Positions 28,316 through 38,455 of a stretch of 64,000 nucleotides of DNA are shown here, one piece after another. Each line of letters opens with the position of its first letter. Positions within the stretch are counted from its first letter, which is position 1. Below the pieces are notes generated by a model. That model ran no database searches. It was not told where the DNA came from and worked only from the letters and a program-made list of their open reading frames with translations. Origin of the DNA: an uncultured Acidobacteriota bacterium (GTDB lineage: Bacteria; Acidobacteriota; UBA6911). A program made the position numbers and the translations under genes. Location of the stretch: positions 682,206-746,205 of the forward strand of contig CAVVHG010000006.1 in the NCBI GenBank assembly GCA_963747985.1. Reading direction: 5' to 3'.

Positions 28316-29674
28316 ATGAACGGGATGACTCGGCGCACTTTTCTCGAGTTGTCAGCCGGAGCGTTCGGTGCCTCTGCCTTTGGCGCGCGCATGCCGATGC
28401 AGGCCGGCGAGTCGGCCAGAATCTACACGGTGTTTTTCGACATCGCACCGTCGCGGGACGACACCAACCTCGAACCGATTACCAACGGCGATATCGTCCG
28501 GCGCCTGCAGGCGGAATGCAGCGGCGTGGAGTTCGTGGTCCGCGACCTCACGCAGGGAGTGCAACTCCAATCGGTGCTGAACGAGGCGAAGGATCTTGCG
28601 AAATCCAATTACGACGGCGTCATCGTCTGCGGCTGGCCGAGGGACTACGAGCTCCTGAGGACCGGACTGCCCACGATCGACGTGGCAGTGGTGAATGATT
28701 TCCAGAACATCCCCTATCCGCTGTTCCGGCAGAACCGTGTGATCGACGCAGCTCTCGATCCATGGCGGTTCTCGGAGGACCCCGGGATTTCGGAGCGGAT
28801 GTTCCGCGACCTGGCGGACAAGATCAAGCTGATCCGGACGCTCAAGCGCATGAAGAAGGAGCATATCCTCACGGTGACCGACTCGCCATACGTCAACGTC
28901 ATGTACGGCGACATGCTCAAGAATCCTCCCGCAGACTACAACGAGAAGATTCTCGACGCGATAAACGGGGCGTTCGGCACCAGGGTCACCAGGATCAGCA
29001 GCAAGGAAGTGACTTCGGACCCGGAGATCCGGGGCCTCTGGTACGGGCAAAGCAGGGAAGCCGAGGAGATCGCGCATCGCTGGATCAGCAGCGCCCGGAA
29101 GATGATCAACACGATCGAGTCCGAGGTGGTGCGGTCCGCCAAGCTCTACCTGGCCTTGAAGATCCTCATGAAGAGGTACGAGGCCACGGCGATGGCATTC
29201 CACATCCGCACTCTGATCCCGGATCCGCGGCCGGAAGACATGGTGTTCCCGGCGCTGGCGACCTCGGAGTTCCAGCTCAGCAACAAGGTCGTGAAGTGCC
29301 AGTCGCACCTGAATATCGTGCTTTCCGAGATGCTGCTGCAGTATGCCTACGGCCGGCCGAGCATGCTGGGCGATTTCTCAGTCGACACCTACAACAATAC
29401 TTCCGTGGTCCAGCACTGTGAAGGCCCGTGGAATCCCTGGGGAGACAAGCGGAGGGTACCGTACATCCTTACGGATCACCGGGAAAGGCGCGTGCGCGCC
29501 CGGTCCAGGCCGGGCGTGGGCGCCGCTTCCTGGATCCTCTATCCTCCCGGTGAGACTGTGACCATGTGGCAGATCAGTGTCCTCACCCGGGAAGCACTGC
29601 TGCATACGGGGCCCACCGTGCCCATGCTGACGGGCGACAAACGCTACCAAGACCATTTCTACGAAATGATGTGA
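28316..29674 (+). CDS. Tat-exported hypothetical protein (no domain recognised).
   Basis: ATG 28316 has AGGGGGA upstream. The N-terminus MNGMTRRTFLELSAGAFGASAFGA is a twin-arginine signal. The product is about 452 aa with no motif I can assign. It lies between two Tat-exported enzymes on the same strand. Confidence 0.55.
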   Translation: MNGMTRRTFLELSAGAFGASAFGARMPMQAGESARIYTVFFDIAPSRDDTNLEPITNGDIVRRLQAECSGVEFVVRDLTQGVQLQSVLNEAKDLAKSNYDGVIVCGWPRDYELLRTGLPTIDVAVVNDFQNIPYPLFRQNRVIDAALDPWRFSEDPGISERMFRDLADKIKLIRTLKRMKKEHILTVTDSPYVNVMYGDMLKNPPADYNEKILDAINGAFGTRVTRISSKEVTSDPEIRGLWYGQSREAEEIAHRWISSARKMINTIESEVVRSAKLYLALKILMKRYEATAMAFHIRTLIPDPRPEDMVFPALATSEFQLSNKVVKCQSHLNIVLSEMLLQYAYGRPSMLGDFSVDTYNNTSVVQHCEGPWNPWGDKRRVPYILTDHRERRVRARSRPGVGAASWILYPPGETVTMWQISVLTREALLHTGPTVPMLTGDKRYQDHFYEMM

Positions 29675-29865
29675 AGGACCAAAATCGTGGCATCGGTCGA
29701 TGCCAGCAAGATTCAGCGCTACATCTATCCTGACAGATACGGCGTGCACAAAGTTGCAACGTTCGGCGATTTTCGGAGCCGGATCAAAGACCTCGCCACA
29801 TTTGTCGGGTATGCAGTGATAGAAGAAGACGTGTAGTCCCATCCGCTGCACAGGAGTTGCCGCCA

Positions 29866-31170
29866 ATGAGATTCGATCGACGCAGGTTTATCTCAACCGC
29901 CCTCGCCGGAGGTCTGACCTCGGTGCCGCCGTCCGCTCGTGCGAGCCGCAAAGCTGCCGTGAGTGGAGAGAAAGCGGATACTGTCTCGTCGGATGTCCGT
30001 GCCCGTTATTCCAAACTGGATGAGATACTGAAGAAGCCGGTGCTGAAAAAGGAGCTGTTTGCCGCACCGGTGATCATCGAAACCATCGAACTGCTCCGCT
30101 ACGGAAACAGTTACCTCTGCAGGGTGCGGTCAAAGGATGGCGCGGAGGGCATCTCCGTCGGTCACAGCAGTCTGCGCACGCTGTACCCCATCTTTCTCAA
30201 TAACCTGCAGCCCTTCTTCATCGGCAAGGATGCTCGCGAGTTGGACCTGATCCTGGAGAAGGTCTACATCTACGAATTCAACTTCCGCCTTAACGGCATC
30301 GCACTTGGACTCCCTCTTGCCACCATCGAGTTTGCAGTGCTCGAGATGCTGGGGCGGGTTGCCGGCAAGCCGGTGGCAGAGCTGATCGGGGAAGTCCACA
30401 ACCCGGAAGTGGGAGTGTATGTAGCCACTGAGTGGCGTGAAAAACCGGTGGAAGAAAGCATCGAGCTGATCAAGGGTGCCGTGGCGCAGTACGATGCCCG
30501 GGCACTGAAGATCAAGGTGGGCGGGCTCATGTTTATGACCACGGACATGTATGCAGTGGGGCCTCCCGGAAGAACCGAAAGGATGATTCCGCTCGTGCGC
30601 AAAACATTCGGCGACGACATGGCACTGTATGCCGATTCAAACAGCTACTATTCCGTCGATGAGGCCGTACGTGTCGGCAGGCTGCTGGAGGAGTACAAGT
30701 TTGTCTATTTCGAAGAGCCCGTCATGTTTGATCAGTTCGAGGACATAAAGCAGGTAGCCGACGCGCTGACAATACCCATAGCCAACGGCGAACAGGACAA
30801 CAGTTTCTATGGATTCCGCTGGCTCATTGCGCATGACGGCCTCGAAATCGTTCAACCCGACAACTATTACTTCGGCGGGATGATACGTTCGATGAGGGTC
30901 GCCCGCATGGCGGATGCATTCGGGAAGAGTATCGTGCCGCACATGTCAGGCGGGGGCCTCGGTTACGTCTATAACATTCAATTTGTCTCCGCTGTTCCGA
31001 ATGCCGGGGCTCATCACGAATTCAAAGGGCTGAAGACAGATGTGCGCTTTGAATGCAGGACGTCGCCCCTGCGGGTCGTCGGTGGAAAGATCAAGGTTCC
31101 GACCGGTCCGGGATTCGGTGTGGACATCGACCCCGAATGGGTTCGGAAACACCGGCCCGTGACACTCTGA
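29866..31170 (+). CDS. Enolase-superfamily enzyme (mandelate racemase/muconate lactonizing enzyme / sugar-acid dehydratase family) with an N-terminal Tat signal.
   Basis: [26 protein letters not shown] is an RRxF Tat motif. The body shows MR/MLE hallmarks: ...KIKVGG..., ...[10 protein letters not shown]..., ...YFEEPV..., ...IANGEQD... (the metal-ligand-like D/E/D pattern), and a C-terminal barrel. Confidence 0.75.
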   Translation: MRFDRRRFISTALAGGLTSVPPSARASRKAAVSGEKADTVSSDVRARYSKLDEILKKPVLKKELFAAPVIIETIELLRYGNSYLCRVRSKDGAEGISVGHSSLRTLYPIFLNNLQPFFIGKDARELDLILEKVYIYEFNFRLNGIALGLPLATIEFAVLEMLGRVAGKPVAELIGEVHNPEVGVYVATEWREKPVEESIELIKGAVAQYDARALKIKVGGLMFMTTDMYAVGPPGRTERMIPLVRKTFGDDMALYADSNSYYSVDEAVRVGRLLEEYKFVYFEEPVMFDQFEDIKQVADALTIPIANGEQDNSFYGFRWLIAHDGLEIVQPDNYYFGGMIRSMRVARMADAFGKSIVPHMSGGGLGYVYNIQFVSAVPNAGAHHEFKGLKTDVRFECRTSPLRVVGGKIKVPTGPGFGVDIDPEWVRKHRPVTL

Positions 31171-31204
31171 GTTCAGAGGGAATCGCCCGACCAGCGGCGT
31201 GCTG

Positions 31205-32122
31205 TCACGGCTCAAACGCCAGCAGTCCGTTCGTCCGCAGCCAGGCCTGAAGCAGGAGCGGCCAGATCGACAGGGTCGGGTCACCCGGAGCCAGTCCGAC
31301 GCCGTGGTTTCCGCGTTGGAAGATGTGCAATTCCGCTCGCACCTTCGCCTTCCTGAGCGCGAGGTAGAAAGCAACGCTGTTCTCCGCCGGGACAAGCTTG
31401 TCTTCGTCCGTGTGAAACAAGAAGGCAGGCGGTGTGTCGCCGGCCACCTGTTTCTCGTTCGAGAGATATTCCGCCAGCTCGGGGGCTGGATCGGGTCCAA
31501 GCAGGTTGCTCCGCGATCCCCCATGCGTATACGCGGCATCGAGTGAGACTACGGGATACGTCAGAATCATGAAGTCGGGACGCGAGCTCAGCCTGTCGAT
31601 CGGGTCCACAGCCTGAGGGTTCCCGGCATCGAAGTGAGTCCCGGCCGTGGAAGCCAGGTGACCTCCCGCCGAGAATCCCCAGATCCCGATCTTCTGCGGA
31701 GAGATGCCGTACGACCCGGCATGGTGCCTGACATAGCGGAGGGCACGCTGGGCGTCCTGCAGCGGCGCAGGATGGCGATAGCGGGGGCCCAGGCGATACC
31801 TCAGAACGAAGGCCGCCATACCGCGCTCGTTCAGCCATTCGGCGATCTGCCGTCCCTCGTGGTCCAGGGCCAGGGTCCCATACCCTCCGCCCGGACACAC
31901 CACCACCCCGGTATCGGCCTTCCGCGCATCTGACGGCAGGCAAATGCGCAGAGCAGGTCGGTCGCCGGCCGAATCGCCGAGTGCTCCCGGTGCGCCATCC
32001 GGCCAGAGCAGGGTCCAGTCAGGCTCCGGTTTCGGGGTTTGCGCGAACACCCGCCCCGCGACGATAACCATGAACACGACAAACTGAATGCGACGGAAGA
32101 TCGAAATCATGCGTTTCTCCAT
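31205..32122 (-). CDS. Secreted alpha/beta-hydrolase (esterase/lipase-like; GxSxG).
   Basis: The start was taken at MEKRMISIFRRIQFVVFMVIVAGRVFAQ (signal peptide). The nucleophile elbow reads GFSAGGHL, and the HGGG-like oxyanion region reads VVCPGGGY. Confidence 0.75.
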   Translation of the reverse strand: MEKRMISIFRRIQFVVFMVIVAGRVFAQTPKPEPDWTLLWPDGAPGALGDSAGDRPALRICLPSDARKADTGVVVCPGGGYGTLALDHEGRQIAEWLNERGMAAFVLRYRLGPRYRHPAPLQDAQRALRYVRHHAGSYGISPQKIGIWGFSAGGHLASTAGTHFDAGNPQAVDPIDRLSSRPDFMILTYPVVSLDAAYTHGGSRSNLLGPDPAPELAEYLSNEKQVAGDTPPAFLFHTDEDKLVPAENSVAFYLALRKAKVRAELHIFQRGNHGVGLAPGDPTLSIWPLLLQAWLRTNGLLAFEP

Positions 32123-32130
32123 GTCAGCGC

Positions 32131-33012
32131 TCAGCGCAGGCCGGCTCCTTCCATGACCCCCAGCCCTATGACCGACCAATCCATCTCGCTCCGTCCCTTC
32201 GCGACACCCGAGAGCATCCGGTCATGCAGGAGGCTGGCGAGCGGCATCGGCACCGCACTCGAGGCCGCGGCCCCCATGACCAGTCCGATGTCCTTGAGGG
32301 CGAGCGCCAGCCGAAAGCCGGGCGGATCGTATCGCTCTTCTGCGAGTGCGCGGCCGTAGTTCTGGTACACGGGACAGGCAAAGAGCGTCTGCCCCATGAG
32401 CTCGACGAAGTGCCCGCGATCGATGCCGTTCTTCTCTGCCAGGGTCAGGGCCTCAGACATGGCTTCGAGCGCGGAACCGATGAGGAAGTTGCCCGCGAGC
32501 TTGACGACGTTGGCCGCACCTGGATCGTCGCCGAAGTCGAAAACTTTCTGCCCCAGCGCGTCCAGCAGCGGTGCCGCTCTCTGCCGCGCATCTTTCGCAC
32601 CGGAAACGCAGATCCAGAGCTTGCGCGCAGCCGCAGCCTCGGGCCGGCCGAAAACCGGTGCCGCGACATAGCGGACACCGAGGGCGTCATGCTGTCTTGC
32701 GACCTTCCTTGCCGCAGCCGGGGAGACCGTGCTCATCGAGACGTGCACGCCTCCGGGCGCCATGTGGTCTATGGCTCCGCTGAGCGCGATCTCCTCGAGC
32801 GCCAGATCATCGGAAATCATCGTGACCAGGATGCCGCCGGGCTCTGCGACCGCCTTGATGTCAGCTGCAGTTTCGGCGCCCTGCGCGGCAAGCGACGATG
32901 CCCTGCCCGGTGTGCGGTTATATACGCGAACGGCGAATCCGGCGCGCATGAGGTTTGCAGCCATCGGCAGGCCCATGTTGCCCGTGCCGATAAATCCAAT
33001 TCTTTCAGCCAT
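32131..33012 (-). CDS. NAD(P)-dependent beta-hydroxyacid dehydrogenase (HIBADH / tartronate-semialdehyde reductase family).
   Basis: The start was taken at MAERIGFIGTGNMGLPMAANLMRAGFAVRVYNRT (Rossmann). The family's C-terminal alpha-domain follows (...LAGNFLIGSALEAMSEALTLAEKNGID...). Confidence 0.8.
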   Translation of the reverse strand: MAERIGFIGTGNMGLPMAANLMRAGFAVRVYNRTPGRASSLAAQGAETAADIKAVAEPGGILVTMISDDLALEEIALSGAIDHMAPGGVHVSMSTVSPAAARKVARQHDALGVRYVAAPVFGRPEAAAARKLWICVSGAKDARQRAAPLLDALGQKVFDFGDDPGAANVVKLAGNFLIGSALEAMSEALTLAEKNGIDRGHFVELMGQTLFACPVYQNYGRALAEERYDPPGFRLALALKDIGLVMGAAASSAVPMPLASLLHDRMLSGVAKGRSEMDWSVIGLGVMEGAGLR

Positions 33013-33242
33013 GGTTGCCTCGTCGACTACCCTGCCTTGTTTGCCTGTGCCCGGATATGTCGCTACCGGAACAAACAAACTAATTAGACCGCGGATGTTT
33101 CACCACCGCAATCCGATTATCGCCTGTCGGATTTGAGTTCCTGCGGATAGGGGCTACAATTTGTTGAGGGTGAAGGTTGGTTTGGCTGCAGGCCTGGAAG
33201 GGAACGGAACGGCCGCTCCGGCCTGCGGGCGAGGAGGTGGGT

Positions 33243-33653
33243 ATGGTTAGGCAGGTTGTCGGGGTTCTATTGGGTGTAATGCTGATCATCGCCCTGGAGG
33301 GTATGCCGGCATACGCGCAGGACGTAACCGCCAAGATTCCGTTTGAGTTCCGTGCGGGTGAAGCAGTCCTGCCGGCCGAGACTTACACCATAGGCTACAG
33401 CGAGGCAAATCCATGGGTCCTCACTTTCCGCGGCACTGACGGTTCGAAACATGAGGTGCGGGTCATCACCAGATTGGCCCAGAAAGAGACGCCCAGTCTT
33501 GACACTTACCTGGTTTTCGACAAGATCGGTAATGTTTGCCTTTTCTCGGAGTTCTGGCTCCCTGCCATGGATGGATTCTTCCTCGGGGGTGATCCGCTCA
33601 CGCACACGCATTTGATTGTCAAGGCCAAGGTGCAGAAAGAAATCCTGCCCTGA
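33243..33653 (+). CDS. Small secreted hypothetical protein (about 136 aa).
   Basis: GAGGAGGTGGGT lies upstream of ATG 33243. The N-terminus MVRQVVGVLLGVMLIIALEGMPAYAQ is a signal peptide. No known domain was recognised. Confidence 0.45.
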   Translation: MVRQVVGVLLGVMLIIALEGMPAYAQDVTAKIPFEFRAGEAVLPAETYTIGYSEANPWVLTFRGTDGSKHEVRVITRLAQKETPSLDTYLVFDKIGNVCLFSEFWLPAMDGFFLGGDPLTHTHLIVKAKVQKEILP

Positions 33654-33813
33654 ATACGCGAAGAATCGCTTGCGCATTGCGTCCGTGGAGCGATCGGGCA
33701 CGCAGTGACTGAACCCCGGGAGCGCCAAAAGGCCTCGGGCGCAACCATTGATTCTGCTGCGAGGCCTTTTTGTTGTATACATCTAGCCTCAAACTCGTTG
33801 AAAGGAGCAGATC

Positions 33814-35004
33814 ATGTCAGGCACAGACCATGTGAACATTGCACTGCTCGGCCAGGGGTTCATGGGCCGCGCCCATTCCAACGGCTGGAAGCAGGTAGCT
33901 TCATTCTTCAAAGTGCCGCTGAAGCCGGTAATGCACACGGTGTTCGGGCAGGAGGACGAGCACGGCGATGTCTTCGCCGCCAACTGGGGCTGGAAGAACT
34001 GCACGACCAACTGGAAAAAGGCGATCCGCTTGCCCGAGATCGGCCTGATTGATGTCGCCACTCCCAACTACCTGCATGCGCCGATGGCCATGGAAGCGAT
34101 AAAGGCGGGCAAGGCGGTCTGTTGCGAAAAGCCGATCGCCGGCACCCTGAAGGATGCCCGCCAGATGGCACAGGCCGCAAGGAAGGCCGGCGTGAAGACC
34201 TTCGTCTGGTACAACTACCGCCGCGTCCCGGCCGTGGCTCTGGCGCATCAGCTCGTCAAGCAGGGCCGAGTCGGCGAAATCCGGCACGTGCGCGCCTTTT
34301 ACCTGCAGGATTGGGCCGGGCCGGAGGTGCCGCTCGCGTGGCGGTTCGACGTCAAGCTGGCGGGGAGCGGAGCCCACGGCGACCTGAACGCGCACATCGT
34401 GGACATGACGCGTTTCGTGACCGGGCAGGAGATCACCGAAATCTGCGGGGCCATAGCTGAGACCTTCATAAAAGAGCGCACGCTGCTCTCCGGTCCTTCC
34501 TCAGGCGGCATCGCAGCCGGGCTGAAGTCCGCCGGGGGGACCGGCAAAGTGACGGTCGACGACACGGTGCTGTTTCTCGCCCGGTTCTCCGGCGGCGCAG
34601 TGGCCAGTTACGAAGCGGCGCGGCAGGCGACCGGCAACCAGAACCGAAATGGGTTCGAGATCAACGGCTCCAAGGGATCACTGCGTTTCAATTTCGAGCG
34701 CATGAACGAACTCGAGTTCTATGATGCCACCGTCGATCGCGCTGTCCAGGGCTGGACTACGATCATGGTTACCCACGGGGCCGACCACCCATACGTCGGC
34801 GCCTGGTGGCCCGACGCGCACCTCATCGGCTACGAGCACGGGTTTGTCAATGAGGCCTATGACATTCTTCGCGTTCTGGCCGGTCAGGATCCGGTGGTTC
34901 CCGTCCCCGACTTCGAGGATGCCTACAAGACACAGCGCGTCCTCGAGGCCGCACTGCTGTCGGCACGCTCGAAACGCTGGGTAAAGGTCGCAAGCGTAAA
35001 GTAG
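33814..35004 (+). CDS. Gfo/Idh/MocA-family oxidoreductase (cytoplasmic).
   Basis: MSGTDHVNIALLGQGFMGRAHSNGW... is the Rossmann N-terminus, with the conserved CEKP motif (AVCCEKPIAG). Length is 396 aa. Confidence 0.85.
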   Translation: MSGTDHVNIALLGQGFMGRAHSNGWKQVASFFKVPLKPVMHTVFGQEDEHGDVFAANWGWKNCTTNWKKAIRLPEIGLIDVATPNYLHAPMAMEAIKAGKAVCCEKPIAGTLKDARQMAQAARKAGVKTFVWYNYRRVPAVALAHQLVKQGRVGEIRHVRAFYLQDWAGPEVPLAWRFDVKLAGSGAHGDLNAHIVDMTRFVTGQEITEICGAIAETFIKERTLLSGPSSGGIAAGLKSAGGTGKVTVDDTVLFLARFSGGAVASYEAARQATGNQNRNGFEINGSKGSLRFNFERMNELEFYDATVDRAVQGWTTIMVTHGADHPYVGAWWPDAHLIGYEHGFVNEAYDILRVLAGQDPVVPVPDFEDAYKTQRVLEAALLSARSKRWVKVASVK

Positions 35005-35060
35005 GTCCGGTCTGTCAGACCGGACTTCTTGCTGTGTGGGGGCGGATCTTCGGGTCCGCT

Positions 35061-35336
35061 CTAACAGAGCGGGCCTGCTTTGAGTGTGACAACGGTGGCG
35101 CCGTGGTCTGCGGCGTCCTGGAACGATTCCACGCCCGGGTGACGCCGCAGGATCGAATGCACGATCTCACGCTGCACCCCGATGCCGCGTCCGTGCACGA
35201 TGCGGACCAGGCGGAACTTCCTTTGTACCGCCTGGTAAAGATACTCTTCGACAACGCTTGCCACCTCTTTCGGCAGGAAGGTGTGCAGATCAATCCAGTC
35301 TTCGATCGGAACTTCCACCGGTTCGCTCATGGACAC
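35061..35336 (-). CDS. Smr-domain protein (small MutS-related nuclease-like).
   Basis: A 91-aa protein with the Smr signature ...IDLHTFLPKEVASVVEEYL...FRLVRIVHGRGIGV.... Confidence 0.65.
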   Translation of the reverse strand: MSMSEPVEVPIEDWIDLHTFLPKEVASVVEEYLYQAVQRKFRLVRIVHGRGIGVQREIVHSILRRHPGVESFQDAADHGATVVTLKAGPLC

Positions 35337-35378
35337 CGGATCTCACCGTGCGCACCAGGCGGTGCGACGGCTGACCGA

Positions 35379-37463
35379 CTATTGCTTCGGTTGCAGAACG
35401 GCAATAGTTCTGGGAGCACCAATTGCCAGCGCGCCCGACAGGGTCGCGACTGCCTGGGCCGCCTGGGGCACGCCGTGCTTCTGCGCCATGCGGGCTTGCT
35501 CCAGGGCCGGACCGTACTGCTGCAGGTGCCAATAAGCCAGCGCCAGGTGGTAGTGCGCAGGGCCCCAGTCCGGCTTTGCCCGGAGTGCCGCCAGAAAAGG
35601 TGCGACCGCCGAAGCACAGTCACCTGCGAGGTACAGGGTGAACCCAAGGTTGTAACTCACTCCCGGGTCCTTGGGCGTCAGTTCAAGGGCTTTCCGATAG
35701 CAGGCAATCGCGGACTCAAGGTCGCCGTGCATACGGTGTGCATAGCCGAGGCTCGAGTAGACCCAGGCGTCGGGACCGAATCTCTCCAGGGAACTTCTGA
35801 AGATGGTAATCGACTGCGGGTAGTCTCCGAGCTGCATCAGGGAAAACGCCAGCCCGTCAAGGATCGGCTTGGACGCTATACCGCTGCGCAGCAAGTTCTG
35901 AAACAGCTCGGCCGATCCACGATAGTCGGCGGCGTCCAGGCGGAGCACCGCGAGTTGCTCCCGGCAGGCAGGAGCCGGACCCGAACGTTCGATACACTTC
36001 CGGCACGCGATTTCGGCAGAGCGGTCATCGTGTGCTCTCCGATAGGACTGGATCAAAAGCAACCATGCATCGGACCTTTCCGGATCATTCTCCACGGCGC
36101 GTTTCAACCCGGCGGCGGCTGCGCCGGCGTCTCCTTTGCGCAACATTTGTTGCGCTGTGCCGACCAGGGCGTCGGTGTTTCCCGGATCGAGGTTGAGGGC
36201 CTCCGAGTAGGACTCCAGGGATGCCACGATGTTTCCTTCGGCATCCTGCAGGTACCCGAGATAGGTAAGCAGATCCGGGCTGTCCGGGAGCTGCCGGGTC
36301 GCGTTCAACATGGCTACCGCAGCCTCGTGAGTGCGGCCCAGATCCGCGTAGGCGTTGGCCATTCCGGCAAGCAGATCAGGAGAGACTCTCCCGGTCGTGA
36401 GGGACCTCCGGTATTCGTTGAGAGCCTCCGCGGACTTTCCCTCGGCCTGCAAAGCGGAGGCCAGCCCGACCCGGGCCGCCACGTCTTCGGGATCCGCTTC
36501 GAGCGCCGCGAGGAACGCAGCACGTGACTCCTCGAACTGCTCAGCCTGCCGAAGGAACTCGCCCAGCCGCGACCAGGCCTTCGCCAGCCGGGGATTAAGC
36601 TGGACGCACTGCCGAAGGAGCCCGACCGCATCACCCCTTCTTCCCGCCCGGTCTGCGCCGAGTGCCTGCCCGAACAGAACCTCCGATTCGTAGCTTCTAC
36701 CAGCCAGCTCCCTTGCCGCCGCTGCCTCGTCCGACCGCCCGAGTCGCTCCAGCGCCAGGGCTCTGCTCCGGTAAAGGAGCGGATGATTGGCGTCGAGTTC
36801 GAGGGCTGCGTCCGTCGCATCGAGCATCTCCTGCCAACGGTGGAGGTCGCCGTTGAGTGTGATCAGAGCGAATCGATACGGCAGGTTGGCGGGAGCGAGG
36901 GAGGATGCCCGCATGTAGCAGTCCAATGACGCCTGGGGCTTCCCTCGCGTCTGGTAAAGGAAGCCCATCACGGCTTGCGGTTCGGCAGCCAGCGGGTATT
37001 TCTCGCAGAGAACGCGAGCTTCCTCGAACGACTCGCGCTCCCGCCCCAGCAGGAAGAGGCTGCGGGCGTGCTCGGCACCGGCTCTCGGTCCGAGCGAAGG
37101 GTCGGATGCGATCCGGGCGAACTCGACTGCCGCGCTCTGAAACAATCCCCTCTGGGCGAGAGCAATACCGAGGCCAAGCCTGGCGGCGGGTGTCTCCGGG
37201 CGCAGTGCGAGCGCAGTGCGGAAGAAGCGCTCGGCTTCCTGCGGTCCGCCCCGCTGCAACAGGAGGAATCCCAGGAGCGCCTGCGCATCCGCGAGACCTG
37301 GATCGCGCTCTATGACCGACCGGAGGGCCCGCTCCGCTTCGAGGGGGCGGGAAGCTCTCATCAAGGAAACAGCCCGCCGGAGCGCCTCGCCTGCGTCCTG
37401 CGCGGCCAGCGTTCCCGTCATGCAGAGAGAAACGCACAAGAGAGCGTGATGGAGGATCTTCAT
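35379..37463 (-). CDS. Secreted tetratricopeptide-repeat (TPR) protein (694 aa).
   Basis: The signal peptide is MKILHHALLCVSLCMTGTLAAQ. More than 15 degenerate 34-aa TPR units follow (repeated A..AL...P......LG..L...G...EA...). The composition is Ala/Leu/Arg-rich. Confidence 0.8.
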   Translation of the reverse strand: MKILHHALLCVSLCMTGTLAAQDAGEALRRAVSLMRASRPLEAERALRSVIERDPGLADAQALLGFLLLQRGGPQEAERFFRTALALRPETPAARLGLGIALAQRGLFQSAAVEFARIASDPSLGPRAGAEHARSLFLLGRERESFEEARVLCEKYPLAAEPQAVMGFLYQTRGKPQASLDCYMRASSLAPANLPYRFALITLNGDLHRWQEMLDATDAALELDANHPLLYRSRALALERLGRSDEAAAARELAGRSYESEVLFGQALGADRAGRRGDAVGLLRQCVQLNPRLAKAWSRLGEFLRQAEQFEESRAAFLAALEADPEDVAARVGLASALQAEGKSAEALNEYRRSLTTGRVSPDLLAGMANAYADLGRTHEAAVAMLNATRQLPDSPDLLTYLGYLQDAEGNIVASLESYSEALNLDPGNTDALVGTAQQMLRKGDAGAAAAGLKRAVENDPERSDAWLLLIQSYRRAHDDRSAEIACRKCIERSGPAPACREQLAVLRLDAADYRGSAELFQNLLRSGIASKPILDGLAFSLMQLGDYPQSITIFRSSLERFGPDAWVYSSLGYAHRMHGDLESAIACYRKALELTPKDPGVSYNLGFTLYLAGDCASAVAPFLAALRAKPDWGPAHYHLALAYWHLQQYGPALEQARMAQKHGVPQAAQAVATLSGALAIGAPRTIAVLQPKQ

Positions 37464-37573
37464 GTCCAGCCTCGGCTGCTTCTCAAAAGCCTAGCACAGG
37501 GAGGAGTGCGGACAAAATTCAAGGAGGCCCGGCGACTCCGTGCCTGATGTTTCATCCGGCGGGGGAGCCGAGG

Positions 37574-38455
37574 TCAGAGCGACAGGTCGAGCGACACGTC
37601 GAGGCTGGGAGCGCTGTGTGTGAGCCATCCTATCGAGAGCAAATCGACCCCTGTGGCGGCCACGGCCGCGGCTGTTTCCGGCGTGATGCCGCCCGAAGCT
37701 TCCGTTATCGCCTTGCCTTTGGCCATGCGGACCCCTCGAGCGAGGTCATCCACCGACATGTTGTCCAGCAGAACTGCGTCAACCGCGAGGCCGAGCGCCT
37801 CCTCGAGCTGGGCAATCGTGTCGACTTCGACCTCGATCCTCACCATGTGGCCGACGCAACCCCGCACACGCCGCACCGCCTCGGTCAGGCTGCCGGCCAG
37901 GACCCGATGGTTGTCCTTGATCAGCACCGCGTCGTCGAGTCCGAAGCGATGATTCGATCCGCCGCCGGCACGCACGGCGTACTTTTCGAGTGCCCGCAGT
38001 CCCGGCGTAGTCTTCCGCGTGCAGACCACTCTGGCGCCGTAAGGAGCGACGACCGCAACCACTTCACGCGTGGATGTGGCGATGCCACAGAGCCTGCCGA
38101 GGAAATTCAAGGCGGTCCGCTCGGCGGCGAGGATCGGGCGGGCCTGCCCCTCGAGCAGGACCAGGATTTCGCCGGCGGTCGCATCACTCCCGTCTTCGGC
38201 GCGGACCTCGAACGATACGGCGGGATCAAGCTGGCGGAAGGCGGACAGCGCAACTTCCAGTCCCGCGATCCGGCCCGGCGCACGAGCTGCGACGCTGCCC
38301 TTCGCCCGGGCGCCCGGCGCAGCGACCGCATCGGTTGTTATGTCGCCGGCCCGGCCGAGGTCCTCCTCGAGCGCGCGCCGAACGATCGCCTCGTAGAGCA
38401 GCGGGAGAGGTTTCGTGAGTCGCGGCGGTGCTTCAGGCATTCTTGCGGCTTCCAC
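37574..38455 (-). CDS. nadC: Nicotinate-nucleotide pyrophosphorylase (carboxylating) / quinolinate phosphoribosyltransferase.
   Basis: The canonical NadC core is present: ...[16 protein letters not shown]...[38 protein letters not shown]...NMS. It overlaps the 3' end of nadA slightly. Confidence 0.9.
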   Translation of the reverse strand: MEAARMPEAPPRLTKPLPLLYEAIVRRALEEDLGRAGDITTDAVAAPGARAKGSVAARAPGRIAGLEVALSAFRQLDPAVSFEVRAEDGSDATAGEILVLLEGQARPILAAERTALNFLGRLCGIATSTREVVAVVAPYGARVVCTRKTTPGLRALEKYAVRAGGGSNHRFGLDDAVLIKDNHRVLAGSLTEAVRRVRGCVGHMVRIEVEVDTIAQLEEALGLAVDAVLLDNMSVDDLARGVRMAKGKAITEASGGITPETAAAVAATGVDLLSIGWLTHSAPSLDVSLDLSL

